From NCBI GenBank assembly GCA_965660655.1, contig CBFIAW010000003.1:1-38252 (forward strand): a stretch of 38,252 nt of DNA, given 5' to 3'. The stretch is from Candidatus Thalassarchaeaceae archaeon (GTDB lineage: Archaea; Thermoplasmatota; Poseidoniia; Poseidoniales; Thalassarchaeaceae). The position numbers and the translations under genes are program-made. Under the pieces are notes generated by a model. The model was not told the origin of the DNA and did not search any database. It saw nothing but the letters and a program-made list of their open reading frames with translations. Positions 1-9,478 of this stretch are shown here, one piece after another (positions within the stretch are counted from its first letter, which is position 1; each line of letters starts with the position of its first letter).

Positions 1-295
1 AAGCGGTCAGTCCATCCCTGTCATAATCGGTTGAATTGTCAGTAGAGTCGGAAGGATCGAGACCTTGAATAGACTGCTGGAAAGTTGCGGTTTCAATATC
101 CAATGATTCGCCGAAAATTACCTCGTAGAGATCTGGTATTAGATCGCCGTCTTGATCGGTTACCGGAGACTCAGTGCCCTCCGCCAGATTAGGATCTGTA
201 GAGGAAACTGGAGACTGTGGGCGGGTCTGAGAGACTAATACGAGACCAGAAAAAATCAGCAGAGAAACTAGCAAAGCTGTCTGCTTCCTACGCAT
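1..295 (-). CDS. Secreted/membrane protein with DxDxDG (TSP3-like) Ca-binding repeats; N-terminal fragment running off the left edge
   Basis: Not in the ORF track. Manual translation from ATG 295 gives MRRKQTALLVSLLIFSGLVLVSQTRPQSP...TDQDGDLIPDLYE...GLDPSDSTDNSTDYDRDGLTA, open to the edge. It has a basic-plus-hydrophobic signal-like N-terminus and a GAGGTG Shine-Dalgarno at 301-306. Confidence 0.85.
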   Translation of the reverse strand, partial: MRRKQTALLVSLLIFSGLVLVSQTRPQSPVSSTDPNLAEGTESPVTDQDGDLIPDLYEVIFGESLDIETATFQQSIQGLDPSDSTDNSTDYDRDGLTA

Positions 296-468
296 TCGCC
301 CACCTCTATGCAAAATCCCGGGTTCAGAGATTTATCATGGTGATGGAGCGTAGTTCGGACATATGTCGTTAGAGGGGTCTTAGAATCTCAAACGAGGTAA
401 GAAAATCACAGTTGTTCGACGAAAAGTATGGATTTGTTCAAAGGTCGCCTAGAACCGGGTCCGAATTG

Positions 469-1275
469 ATGGGGATTGGTGTCACTCACTTGGGATCGGG
501 CAGCCGCGGAAATGCCACCATAATCAGTTCTGAAGAATGCAATGTTCTAGTCGATTGTGGCTTCAGCCTAAAACAGACCGAGAAAAGATTGGCGATAGCC
601 GGATTTGAGCCTGAGTCAATTGATTCCATCATCGTCACACATCATCACAAGGACCATTCAGGTTCGGCTCTGAGGGCCTCTAAGAAATGGGATTCCTCTC
701 TGCACTGTAATCTCGGAACTGCATCGAAGATGAGTTGGAATACAGTAGAAGAGTGTAGGACATTTGGCAGTCTAGAGAGAGTCCAATTCTCGTCAAAACT
801 TAGCATGTTGCCAATTCCCGTACCACATGATGATGCCGACAATGTAGCCCTGATAGCTAGTGACGGAAATGGGGGCCGGGCTGCGATTGTAACAGACCTA
901 GGCGAAGCCCCACATGATCTGATTAAGCATTTGTCTGGTTGCAATCACATCTCAATAGAGGCGAACTATGATCATCGAAGGTTACTAGGGAGCGCCTATC
1001 CAGACTCCTTGAAGAGAAGAATTTCCGGGAGAGGGGGTCACCTTTCCAACAGACAAGCGGGGGAAATACTGATGGAAGTATTGCACGACGATTTGGAAAG
1101 TATTGTCCTATGTCACCTTTCAGAGAAGAATAACGCCCCCCATATAGCCGAGAGTGAGGTTCTGATGGCAATTGGTGACGAGTTTGGAGGTAGTATCGCA
1201 ATTTCTAAGCAACTGGGCCCTGAATTTAGTTACTGGACGGGGCAATTGGAGCCGCGAAGCATAGTTGCGGCATGA
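469..1275 (+). CDS. Metallo-beta-lactamase-fold hydrolase (YycJ/WalJ/PhnP-like)
   Basis: Motifs LGSGSRGNA, LVDCG, THHHKDH (HxHxDH), HD, TDLG, IEANYD, GHLSN, CHLSEKNN. ATG 469 matches the family N-terminus better than the TTG at 412. Confidence 0.9.
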   Translation: MGIGVTHLGSGSRGNATIISSEECNVLVDCGFSLKQTEKRLAIAGFEPESIDSIIVTHHHKDHSGSALRASKKWDSSLHCNLGTASKMSWNTVEECRTFGSLERVQFSSKLSMLPIPVPHDDADNVALIASDGNGGRAAIVTDLGEAPHDLIKHLSGCNHISIEANYDHRRLLGSAYPDSLKRRISGRGGHLSNRQAGEILMEVLHDDLESIVLCHLSEKNNAPHIAESEVLMAIGDEFGGSIAISKQLGPEFSYWTGQLEPRSIVAA

Positions 1276-3825
1276 TTACCTGCCCATCACCGCTCTGTGA
1301 ACAGAGTTCTGAACTTCCTTCATCCTCCCTACTGCGCCTAGGTCTCTGAATAGAGATAGTGACCTCTTAAGGTAATCCATTCTCTGGGAACTATCAGTTT
1401 CTACCTCTCCTAGTCTAGCGAGCAATTCACCCTGAAGCATCCGAAAGTCATTTGACTCAGCAACTGCGAGACCATTGAGGTAGTGCTCTGCAGCCTCTTC
1501 CCTGCGGCCCGCATCAATTAGAACCTGCCCGAGAAGCATCTCAACTTCCACGGTGCTTTGAGGGTCGTTTTGGTCCGAAAGCGTATCTAGTGCTCCTGAG
1601 TAATGGATGAGGGCTAGGTCGTTGTCTGAGATCTTTGCATAGTACCTTCCAAGAACGGCTCGTGACCTAGCATGAAGGAAATCCTGATTCAAGTCTTTAG
1701 TATTCTCGTATGCAAACAGAGCGTGATCCCTAGCCCTATCCAACTCGCCCATTTCGATAAATGCTGATGCAAGTCTAATTCTGGCGTCATTCAACTCCGG
1801 GTCTTTCTCCTTTTCCAATAGATCCTCAACGTTCCCATAAACCTCTAGTGCTCTTCGGGAATCTCTCCTTCTACGGAAAATATGACCCATGTTGTTGTAA
1901 GTTCTTGCCGCTCCAACAGCATCTCTAATCCCTATCTGAATCTTCAGAGCATTCCTGTGGAGTTCAAGGGCATCTTCCATTGCCCCTCTCTTTACTGCTA
2001 TATCTGCCCTAGCGGACAGCAAACGGGCAAGTTCGTTACTTGGCTTGCTCCCACCAATATGCTTTGTTGCAGCATCATATTCTTCTTCGGCTTCATCCCA
2101 TCTACCCTGGATGGTTAGAATATCGCCCTTTAGTTCACTAATTAGGCCTCTACTCTTAGAATCGAAGTCACTGCTTTCGAGAGAGTTGAGAATTGAGAGT
2201 AGCTCGGTGTGACCGGAACTAACCAATCTGTGCCCCTCGGTTAGCAGGACCTCGGCAAGACCATCCTCATCACCTGTCTGGCTTAAGTGGTGGATGAACT
2301 CAATCCTGTTGGCGGCATCACCCTTCTTACTCCTGTACCAATTTACTGCTGCGGAGTGAAGTCCATTCTTCATTTCCTCGTCCATCGACCTCAACAGGAA
2401 TTCCCGAACAAGATCGTGGACATCGAAATTTTCAGCATCTGACTGGCGTGCCAGGCCCTTCTCGACCAAATCATCGAGGAGGTCTATACTCCCCTCTACT
2501 TGGTGAATAGCTTGGACAGGTATTGGTTCACGGAAAACTGCAATAGCCCCCAATAGGCGTTTCTCGGAGCCAGAAAGTCTACTGAAAATCTCCTTTTCGA
2601 CAAATGCCTCCAGAGTGGCATGGAAGGTCTCAGCGACGTTGCCTCTGTTGATTAGCTCAAGAATCAACGGGTGACCACGGGATAGTGAGTAAATGTGTGT
2701 AAATTGTTCTGAGTCCATTTTTGGCATGGCAGTTAGGATCTGTCTGCTTGACTCCGCATCCAACCCCTGTAGGGGCATAACAAGGGTAACGATATTTCCA
2801 GACTGGTCGGATTCTGGAACGACCATTCTGAAGGAACGGGAGAACATGACCAGCCCAACTTCCTTCAGTGCATGAATTCTCAGAGTAAGCTCCCTAAGAA
2901 TTGAGTAAAGGGTCTCATCTCCGACCTTGTGTAAGTCGTCAATCACTATCAAAGAAGGAGTCTCAGACAACCCAGAAGCAATTAGGTTGACTGCCATATT
3001 TGTTTGCGGCACTGGAGCTGAAGAAAGATAGTCGGAAAGGTCGTTGTTTCCCACTACTGAGAGCCATTCCGCGCATGCTTCTAGGAATGCACGAGAACCT
3101 TCCCAATCCTGGCATCGATGATATAGTAGATTCCTCCTGTGGGTGAATTTGTCTAGTATCTTTGTAGAAAGAGACGTTTTTCCGATCCCCGCAATACCGG
3201 GAACCAGAATTGAAGCAGACTTGGCTTCTAGGAGTTTTGCCATCACTTCTAGTTCCTTTTCTCGGCCATAGAATCTTCGTGTTCTGGGGAGGTCGTTGAG
3301 ATAGGAAACTAGCTGCTTCTCAATGTGCTTAGATAAATCCCTCTCGACCAATTCAGAAGTCAGTCCAGATAGATCAATAGTACCTGAATCGTCCATGTAT
3401 CGAAGCATGTCCACATGTCTAAGGGGAAGTTCTGATTCCTCTATAGCTTCGGCCAAGGACGTTTGAACGGAACGTCCATCTGAGTGTATTATTCTTACAG
3501 AAATCTCGGAAATCCTTGTCCAAATCTCGTCTGCAAACTTGGCCCCTTCATCTGTTAGGAAGTATGCCTTCCTCTTCCTAGAAACCCCAGTAACGTGTGC
3601 CTGCCTTTCGATAAGATGTCCGTCCTCCTTCATCCCAGAAATCGCACGGGGGACATTTGATCGAGCAATTGACACCGCATTGGCGATGCCCATCTGGGAC
3701 AGTGCGAAGGGGACTTCTACCTTGTCGCTATGATCGATGTAGTCGCTGAGGTGGAGGAAAATCCTCTCTTGGACCCCCGGACGTGATGAGGCCGTCGTTG
3801 TCATATATCTAACACTAAGACTCAC
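1276..3825 (-). CDS. wHTH - STAND (NB-ARC-like) ATPase - TPR protein, putative signal-responsive transcription regulator
   Basis: N-terminal MarR-like wHTH (SQMGIANAVSIARSNVPRAISGMKEDGHLIER...AYFLTDEG), FYGREKEL, Walker A GIAGIGKT, Walker B LIVIDDLH, GxP motif GHPL, MHD-like VHDLVRE, then C-terminal TPR helices. Alternative start ATG 3804. Confidence 0.88.
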   Translation of the reverse strand: MSLSVRYMTTTASSRPGVQERIFLHLSDYIDHSDKVEVPFALSQMGIANAVSIARSNVPRAISGMKEDGHLIERQAHVTGVSRKRKAYFLTDEGAKFADEIWTRISEISVRIIHSDGRSVQTSLAEAIEESELPLRHVDMLRYMDDSGTIDLSGLTSELVERDLSKHIEKQLVSYLNDLPRTRRFYGREKELEVMAKLLEAKSASILVPGIAGIGKTSLSTKILDKFTHRRNLLYHRCQDWEGSRAFLEACAEWLSVVGNNDLSDYLSSAPVPQTNMAVNLIASGLSETPSLIVIDDLHKVGDETLYSILRELTLRIHALKEVGLVMFSRSFRMVVPESDQSGNIVTLVMPLQGLDAESSRQILTAMPKMDSEQFTHIYSLSRGHPLILELINRGNVAETFHATLEAFVEKEIFSRLSGSEKRLLGAIAVFREPIPVQAIHQVEGSIDLLDDLVEKGLARQSDAENFDVHDLVREFLLRSMDEEMKNGLHSAAVNWYRSKKGDAANRIEFIHHLSQTGDEDGLAEVLLTEGHRLVSSGHTELLSILNSLESSDFDSKSRGLISELKGDILTIQGRWDEAEEEYDAATKHIGGSKPSNELARLLSARADIAVKRGAMEDALELHRNALKIQIGIRDAVGAARTYNNMGHIFRRRRDSRRALEVYGNVEDLLEKEKDPELNDARIRLASAFIEMGELDRARDHALFAYENTKDLNQDFLHARSRAVLGRYYAKISDNDLALIHYSGALDTLSDQNDPQSTVEVEMLLGQVLIDAGRREEAAEHYLNGLAVAESNDFRMLQGELLARLGEVETDSSQRMDYLKRSLSLFRDLGAVGRMKEVQNSVHRAVMGR

Positions 3826-3867
3826 TCAATATACAAATGTTAGTAGAACTTGGTACCTTGATTATCC

Positions 3868-6800
3868 CTATAAATCTGAATCTGGGACCCATTCCTCAGA
3901 AGCAGCATCCCAAAGCCAACCAGGGTGGTCGTCATACCTCTCTAGAGCTCCCTCTCCCTCTCTTTCCTCGTCACCATAGTCTTCTGGTATCTGTGCTGGG
4001 GTCTTGTACTCCTCTTCTTCGTCATCGATCTCGATTCCTATGAAGCCGGTGAAGTATGCAAGAGCAGCCAATGACAATGTGGCCAATACTGACACCACTC
4101 CAACTAAAGCCCAGTTTATACTTTCAGTTGTTGGCTCCCCCTTACTAATTGGGTTTACTTCCATTGTTTGACCGGAATAGGAGAATTTCGGTATTGATGC
4201 TTCCCCCTTTATTCTCGAAGCAGGCACCCCTAGTTCCCATGTCCCGTCTTCGGAAACAATTGTGTTGTTGACTGGATTACCACCAATCAAAACAGAAACC
4301 TGTTTGCCGGGAAGACCGATGCCGGAATACATGGCCATTTCATTTTCGTCAACCCAAGACTGTTCTGGTTCCTGAATCTCGAATTGTAAGGGGATTACTT
4401 TGAAGGTTACAGGGGCTGAATTGACTCTGGAGTCCCAAGCATCGGTTGCGATGAAAATCACATTGTTCAGAGTCCAAGATTCCATGTCATCGTCGAAAAA
4501 CAACATGTCTGCTGGATCGTATCGGGCGATTCCGTCTGTTCCCACCCCAACGACGAGGGGGTACCGGTCATCCGAGGTAATCGTTGAATCATTGTACACA
4601 GAAATGAATTGTATGTCGTTGTCGATGTCAGAGAAGTAGTCCTTCAGATCAATCTCGACAGTTGTGCACTTGTCGACGGAATTGGAATCTAAATCGCAAT
4701 ACAGGATGTATTCACTCTCCCACTCAGAAGAGTCGAATTCGGGCTGATTATTTCCGGCATTTGGAGGGTTGTCAGCTATGATTGTGACATCGGTCCAACT
4801 GCTGTAATCAATTCCGTCATATGAACGGAATCTGAGTAGGTATTCTGCATCATGACGCAGATCTGTAGTGTCCCACTCTATATCCCACACACCATCTTCC
4901 GAAAATTCACTAGTGCTCGTCTCGAAAACTGAGACGTAATCATTTGAAACGTCCTTCACTTCCAAGTCCACTCTTGTCACTCCACCATCGAAATCCCTAG
5001 CCACTCCGCTCAGGAGGGTATCAATAGAGGAAGAAATTCTGGTTCCCGAATATGGTTGATTAACACTAATTGTGGGTTGGCTATTCCTGTTATCAATAGT
5101 AAGAGTAAGGACCACTGGCTGACACTCGTCCACAACTCCGTTGCAGAAATCAGAATCGGATGCCCAAATTGTGAATGTGTAGGTTGTGAGTTCTCTGGGT
5201 CGGGAGCTGAAGTCCCATTCCCAACTCCATGTACCATCTGAATTGGTCTCAACTGGACTAGTGACTTGGTAGTTTGGACCTGAAATTTGCATATACACTA
5301 GGCCAATGTCGCTGTTGCATTCATCTGGGCACCCATATGGATCTTGAGAATAGCCATCAAAAATTACCGAACCGTCATCGTGCGACGAGAATGAACTTGG
5401 AGTAGTGACGAATATGTTTGGTGCTTGGGTATTGAGCTTTATTGTAAGTGAAACAACCGGGCTGTAGTCTATACCATCAAATGCTTTGAATTCGAATGTG
5501 TAATCTCCTTCCCCTGCCAGATTACTCATGTCAATATTGTAGTACCAAGAGCTGAAGGGCCTATTGAAACGTGTTACTTCGCCCACATCTGTACCGCTTG
5601 TATCGACGGCGTATTCAGCATCCTCCCAAGAACCAGTGAAGGGATTCCTAACCTGAACCTCATGCACGTATCCCCCTTGATCCCATTGGGCTCTCTCATC
5701 GGTGAGATAGCTATTCGCTAGTGTACCATCGTGGGCGCTACCTGTGATATTGACGACCCTGCGATATGAGTGCCCTTCATTCTCTGTGACAATCACTGTT
5801 GGAGCATCGTTCTCCAGGTGTGCGGTCTCTTCGAGTGAGTTCTCCTCAAGGGTAAATACTCCAGAGTAGTAGCCATAACCAAACCTATAGGCAGTATACC
5901 TGTAAAGTGACATTTCTCTTGTTCCTGCTGAGTAGTCGCAACTGGGATCAGCGGTGTCGATTGTCAGATCTCCGTCATTGTCAATCCCGTCGGAGCATGA
6001 GTCCTCGTACTCGTCATCAGCGAACCCATCCGGATTATCGCCCCCACCTAGACCTCTGAAATCAAGATGAAAGTTCGATGGAAGAGCGATCCAGGGGGTG
6101 AAACCATCGCCGCCGGTATTGACTCTGTAGAGGTCGTTTCCAAGTGCATCCTCCACAATAACCAAGGCATCGGAGACCTTTTCTCCGCCAATTAGTGCCT
6201 GGAACCTAACCAGCTCGGCCCTGCTAACCTGTACTGCGAAGTGAGTGGGTTGTGTTGCTATCTTGACCTTGGATAGATCCAAGTTTGTTAAATCTGCGAA
6301 TGTGAAAACGGTGGAGTTGTTATCCATGCTGACGCCCAGCGGGAAGTTTCTCGGAGTCATGTTCTGGCAGTTGTTGCAGTCCTTGACTGGGGTGGGTATA
6401 ATGGCGCCTTGGAATTCATTGTCTGGCCATGCCTCCTGATCTGGCCAAGAAAGTCGGACCGGGTATTCGCCGCTAGGAGGAGATGGGATATACTCGGACT
6501 GGGCAGTTACTGAGCTCTTGGTGACGTTGTAGATAGTCTCAGCTTGGTTCCAATCGTTTTCTGAGAAGTATGCTAGTGACCCGTATTGTTGGGAATCGGC
6601 ATATCCACTATCGTAATTCTTGATTATAGCACCTGTCTTTTGCACGTCGAAGGAATTCCTCTGAATGTCCAAAAGAGACCCAATTGCTCGAATTCCATCA
6701 GCAGTCCCCCCTGCGGTGATAATGTTGTCATACATCGTCACACCCGTCACGTAGGCATGCAATACTGGACATGTGAACTGCCCCCCCCAATTGGTTTCAC

Positions 6801-8133
6801 TACTGCAAGTCCCGGTTCCATCGTATGAGATTGTGTTGTTTGCTAGGTACAGCCTAGAAGCTGCTTGGATTGAATATGAATACATTCCAGCAACAACAGG
6901 AGTCAGAGTGGTGTCGAAAATCGAGTTGTTCTCGGCAATGACGTCGTAAGAGCCGCCAAGCCAGAGTCCGAAATATCCGCCTATTGGCCCAATCTCGTTT
7001 CCGTGGATGTGTGCCTCGCTGTTGTAAACAGAAACCCCAGAGCCAGCTGCTGCCCCCCCAATGTCGTTGTCCCGGAGGTAAATTAGCGCTCCGGCAGATG
7101 CGAATACACCGGCTCCTTCGGCCGTAGCAATTTCATTGTCAGAAATATCGAAGCTGAATGAAGTCCCCCCCACTGCCTTTTTGCCGTTGAGATCGATACC
7201 ATTGCAGTTCACGTTAATTTGTGTGTTAGTGACGCTTCCTGCAGAGGTCCAAAGCCCGATTCCAAAGTCTCCCGATGTTATATCGGCGTTATCAATCTCG
7301 ATGAACGAGTCCTCAGCCCAGATTGTATGGCGTCCGCCGTCTCTATTTCCGCAGCCATTGTCAGTTCCCGTCAAGGAGATGTCAGAGAGGGTGAAGGGGC
7401 TGACTGATGAACCTGAGGAGTAAATCTGCAGTGCTGCTCCAACGATGCTTTTGCTCTCATCGGTACCGACGACGAAATCTCCCCCGTTGAATGACGGTTG
7501 GGCCAGGTTTGTTGTCAACACACTGGAGGTGTTGATCTGGTTGAACGAAAGTTCGGTAAGAGTTGGGCTAGCACCATCAAGAACTAGGGCTCCGTATCGG
7601 AACTCCCCTACTGCGGAGACGTACTGTGGAATTCCCCATGCGCTGTCGAATGTAACGTACCTTAGACCTGTCTCAGAAAGATCGATCGAGCTCCTCATGA
7701 GCACACCCTCGTTGCAGGAGGGGTCGTCTATCCAAATCTCCTGATTGCCGGAACTCATCCCATAGCATTCGCCTGTTGCACTGGAGTTTACTGGTTCACT
7801 CCATCTCAGAGTGATCCTCATAGCGGGGCCGGCATTGGAAGAGGCCCCGCAGGAAGAGGAACCGGCACACAGGCTTCCTCTGACGTCCAGATGCGTCCCA
7901 TTGGGGAACTCTATTGTTGCTCCCGGATTGATGATGAGTTTTGCACCGGGGGCGATTGTTACATCGCCTGTCAGAGTGTGAACGCCGGCCCAAGTCTCGG
8001 TACCAGTGATCGTCCCTGCCGTTGTCTCGTTAGATGCGGAAACGGTACCTGCTGGTAAAGCCAAAGAAAGCAGTATACTGAACAAGAATAGCCCTGTTAA
8101 TGAGATTGATCTCAATTTCTCATCCCGCGCCAT
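3868..8133 (-). CDS. Large cell-surface protein: parallel beta-helix repeats, Ig-like repeats, C-terminal TM anchor
   Basis: Signal peptide; TGDVTIAPGAKLIINPGATIEF followed by Asn-ladder repeats (DNEI, DNDI, GNEI, NNSI, NNTI, DNII); repeated Ig-like units ending AFDGIDYS and SYDGIDYS; TM helix WALVGVVSVLATLSLAALAYF; acidic tail. Confidence 0.85.
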   Translation of the reverse strand: MARDEKLRSISLTGLFLFSILLSLALPAGTVSASNETTAGTITGTETWAGVHTLTGDVTIAPGAKLIINPGATIEFPNGTHLDVRGSLCAGSSSCGASSNAGPAMRITLRWSEPVNSSATGECYGMSSGNQEIWIDDPSCNEGVLMRSSIDLSETGLRYVTFDSAWGIPQYVSAVGEFRYGALVLDGASPTLTELSFNQINTSSVLTTNLAQPSFNGGDFVVGTDESKSIVGAALQIYSSGSSVSPFTLSDISLTGTDNGCGNRDGGRHTIWAEDSFIEIDNADITSGDFGIGLWTSAGSVTNTQINVNCNGIDLNGKKAVGGTSFSFDISDNEIATAEGAGVFASAGALIYLRDNDIGGAAAGSGVSVYNSEAHIHGNEIGPIGGYFGLWLGGSYDVIAENNSIFDTTLTPVVAGMYSYSIQAASRLYLANNTISYDGTGTCSSETNWGGQFTCPVLHAYVTGVTMYDNIITAGGTADGIRAIGSLLDIQRNSFDVQKTGAIIKNYDSGYADSQQYGSLAYFSENDWNQAETIYNVTKSSVTAQSEYIPSPPSGEYPVRLSWPDQEAWPDNEFQGAIIPTPVKDCNNCQNMTPRNFPLGVSMDNNSTVFTFADLTNLDLSKVKIATQPTHFAVQVSRAELVRFQALIGGEKVSDALVIVEDALGNDLYRVNTGGDGFTPWIALPSNFHLDFRGLGGGDNPDGFADDEYEDSCSDGIDNDGDLTIDTADPSCDYSAGTREMSLYRYTAYRFGYGYYSGVFTLEENSLEETAHLENDAPTVIVTENEGHSYRRVVNITGSAHDGTLANSYLTDERAQWDQGGYVHEVQVRNPFTGSWEDAEYAVDTSGTDVGEVTRFNRPFSSWYYNIDMSNLAGEGDYTFEFKAFDGIDYSPVVSLTIKLNTQAPNIFVTTPSSFSSHDDGSVIFDGYSQDPYGCPDECNSDIGLVYMQISGPNYQVTSPVETNSDGTWSWEWDFSSRPRELTTYTFTIWASDSDFCNGVVDECQPVVLTLTIDNRNSQPTISVNQPYSGTRISSSIDTLLSGVARDFDGGVTRVDLEVKDVSNDYVSVFETSTSEFSEDGVWDIEWDTTDLRHDAEYLLRFRSYDGIDYSSWTDVTIIADNPPNAGNNQPEFDSSEWESEYILYCDLDSNSVDKCTTVEIDLKDYFSDIDNDIQFISVYNDSTITSDDRYPLVVGVGTDGIARYDPADMLFFDDDMESWTLNNVIFIATDAWDSRVNSAPVTFKVIPLQFEIQEPEQSWVDENEMAMYSGIGLPGKQVSVLIGGNPVNNTIVSEDGTWELGVPASRIKGEASIPKFSYSGQTMEVNPISKGEPTTESINWALVGVVSVLATLSLAALAYFTGFIGIEIDDEEEEYKTPAQIPEDYGDEEREGEGALERYDDHPGWLWDAASEEWVPDSDL

Positions 8134-8199
8134 AATGCATCGGACGTCATCTAGACAATTTAATCATAGGGCCAAGGAGTTTCATTGGTAATCAATAAA

Positions 8200-9444
8200 T
8201 CATGTGTTTTCTTGGGTGATTCCGAATTCAATTTCCACTTGTCTGGACCATTCTGCAGCATCTAGAAGCCCATATCCTTTCTTGGGGTGATGCGTTTCCG
8301 ATTGGCTTGTATCCGATTGGGCTGAATTTGCCAGAGCAACCTTGACGAGATGCATCTCGTGGAGTTCGATTATCCCATTTTCACCAGCAATATGCTCACC
8401 GTGCAATGAGAGAATCAAAGCGAGTGCACCGGTAACCATCACCGTAGAGTCACTTGTCCCCGTGGAGAATGCGTAGGGAGGGTCTCGGTCACTGTCTCTG
8501 CAGGACCAGAGATCCACCCCGGGAGCAAGTATCTCTGGCTTCTGATTAGGGAATGTGCGCTCTTCGCTTGTTTCTGGGTCCACTTCTGCACCAACTGCGC
8601 TGTCCGCCCATGGATCCCCTCCTCTGTCATGGGCTCCGACTGCAATTACCCCTGTTAGGCTAGCCGGGGATGAAACGTCGGAGATATTCTGCTGAGGATC
8701 GCTGTTTCCAGCCGCAGCGATCACGAATATGCCATCTTCTAATGCTTCTCTGACTGCCTCCAGAGTATCGGAAGATGTAGAATAACTTGACCCTGGTGCC
8801 GTCCCTAGGCTTAGGGAGATAATGTCCGAATCCTGTGATATACGACACCACCTAATCGCTTGTGAGACCATTCCCTCGTTCGCAGATTTTCCGTCTGGTC
8901 CGAGGGAAATTGCGATTGACACAGAAACACCGGGAGCAGCTCCAAGAAAAGACCCGTTAGCGACGAGGAGCCCTGCCATTAGGGTCCCATGGCTATTTAT
9001 CCCGATATCTCTGACCGGTGAGTCTTTTTCACTGTAGAAATCACGGAATCCCGCCAATGATATGTGAGTGAGATCGGGATGTGAAATGTCAATTCCTGTA
9101 TCAACAATGCAGACTCTAACTCCTTCGCCCAGATTTCCAGATTCCTGCATTTCCCTGATGCCACTATCCTCAAAAGCCCACTCAGAATCTAGGACCTCAC
9201 CGAGAATGGAGTATATTGAGGGATAGAGAAGGAGAATGGAAACGACCACTGCTGAGAATCCGACTGCCCCCCATGGCCATAAGAATCTCATTATTGGGTT
9301 CAAAGGCCATCTAAGTCTCCTTGCCTCTTCGTCACTGAGGCCATACGTCTCTCCGGGATAACCCGGTGAATCTCTGTCAACAGCCGTTAGCAGGCTAGAG
9401 TCCTCAGGTTCAGGCATCAATTCAAGATGCGGGATTCCACGCAT
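8200..9444 (-). CDS. S8 (subtilisin-family) serine peptidase, N-terminally membrane-anchored
   Basis: Catalytic motifs VCIVDTG (Asp), HGTLMAG (His), AAAGN (oxyanion Asn), GTSDST (Ser), plus KPEILAPG and GYGLLDA. TM segment GAVGFSAVVVSILLLYP near the N-terminus. Confidence 0.9.
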   Translation of the reverse strand: MRGIPHLELMPEPEDSSLLTAVDRDSPGYPGETYGLSDEEARRLRWPLNPIMRFLWPWGAVGFSAVVVSILLLYPSIYSILGEVLDSEWAFEDSGIREMQESGNLGEGVRVCIVDTGIDISHPDLTHISLAGFRDFYSEKDSPVRDIGINSHGTLMAGLLVANGSFLGAAPGVSVSIAISLGPDGKSANEGMVSQAIRWCRISQDSDIISLSLGTAPGSSYSTSSDTLEAVREALEDGIFVIAAAGNSDPQQNISDVSSPASLTGVIAVGAHDRGGDPWADSAVGAEVDPETSEERTFPNQKPEILAPGVDLWSCRDSDRDPPYAFSTGTSDSTVMVTGALALILSLHGEHIAGENGIIELHEMHLVKVALANSAQSDTSQSETHHPKKGYGLLDAAEWSRQVEIEFGITQENT

Positions 9445-9478
9445 GTTTGCCCCCTAATGCAGCGCTTAGTTAGTAGTA

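Noticed and set aside
1273-1278. Abutting or overlapping convergent stops (1275/1276, 23342/23345, 29451-29464)
   Set aside because: Consistent with a compact genome and not evidence of a specific system.
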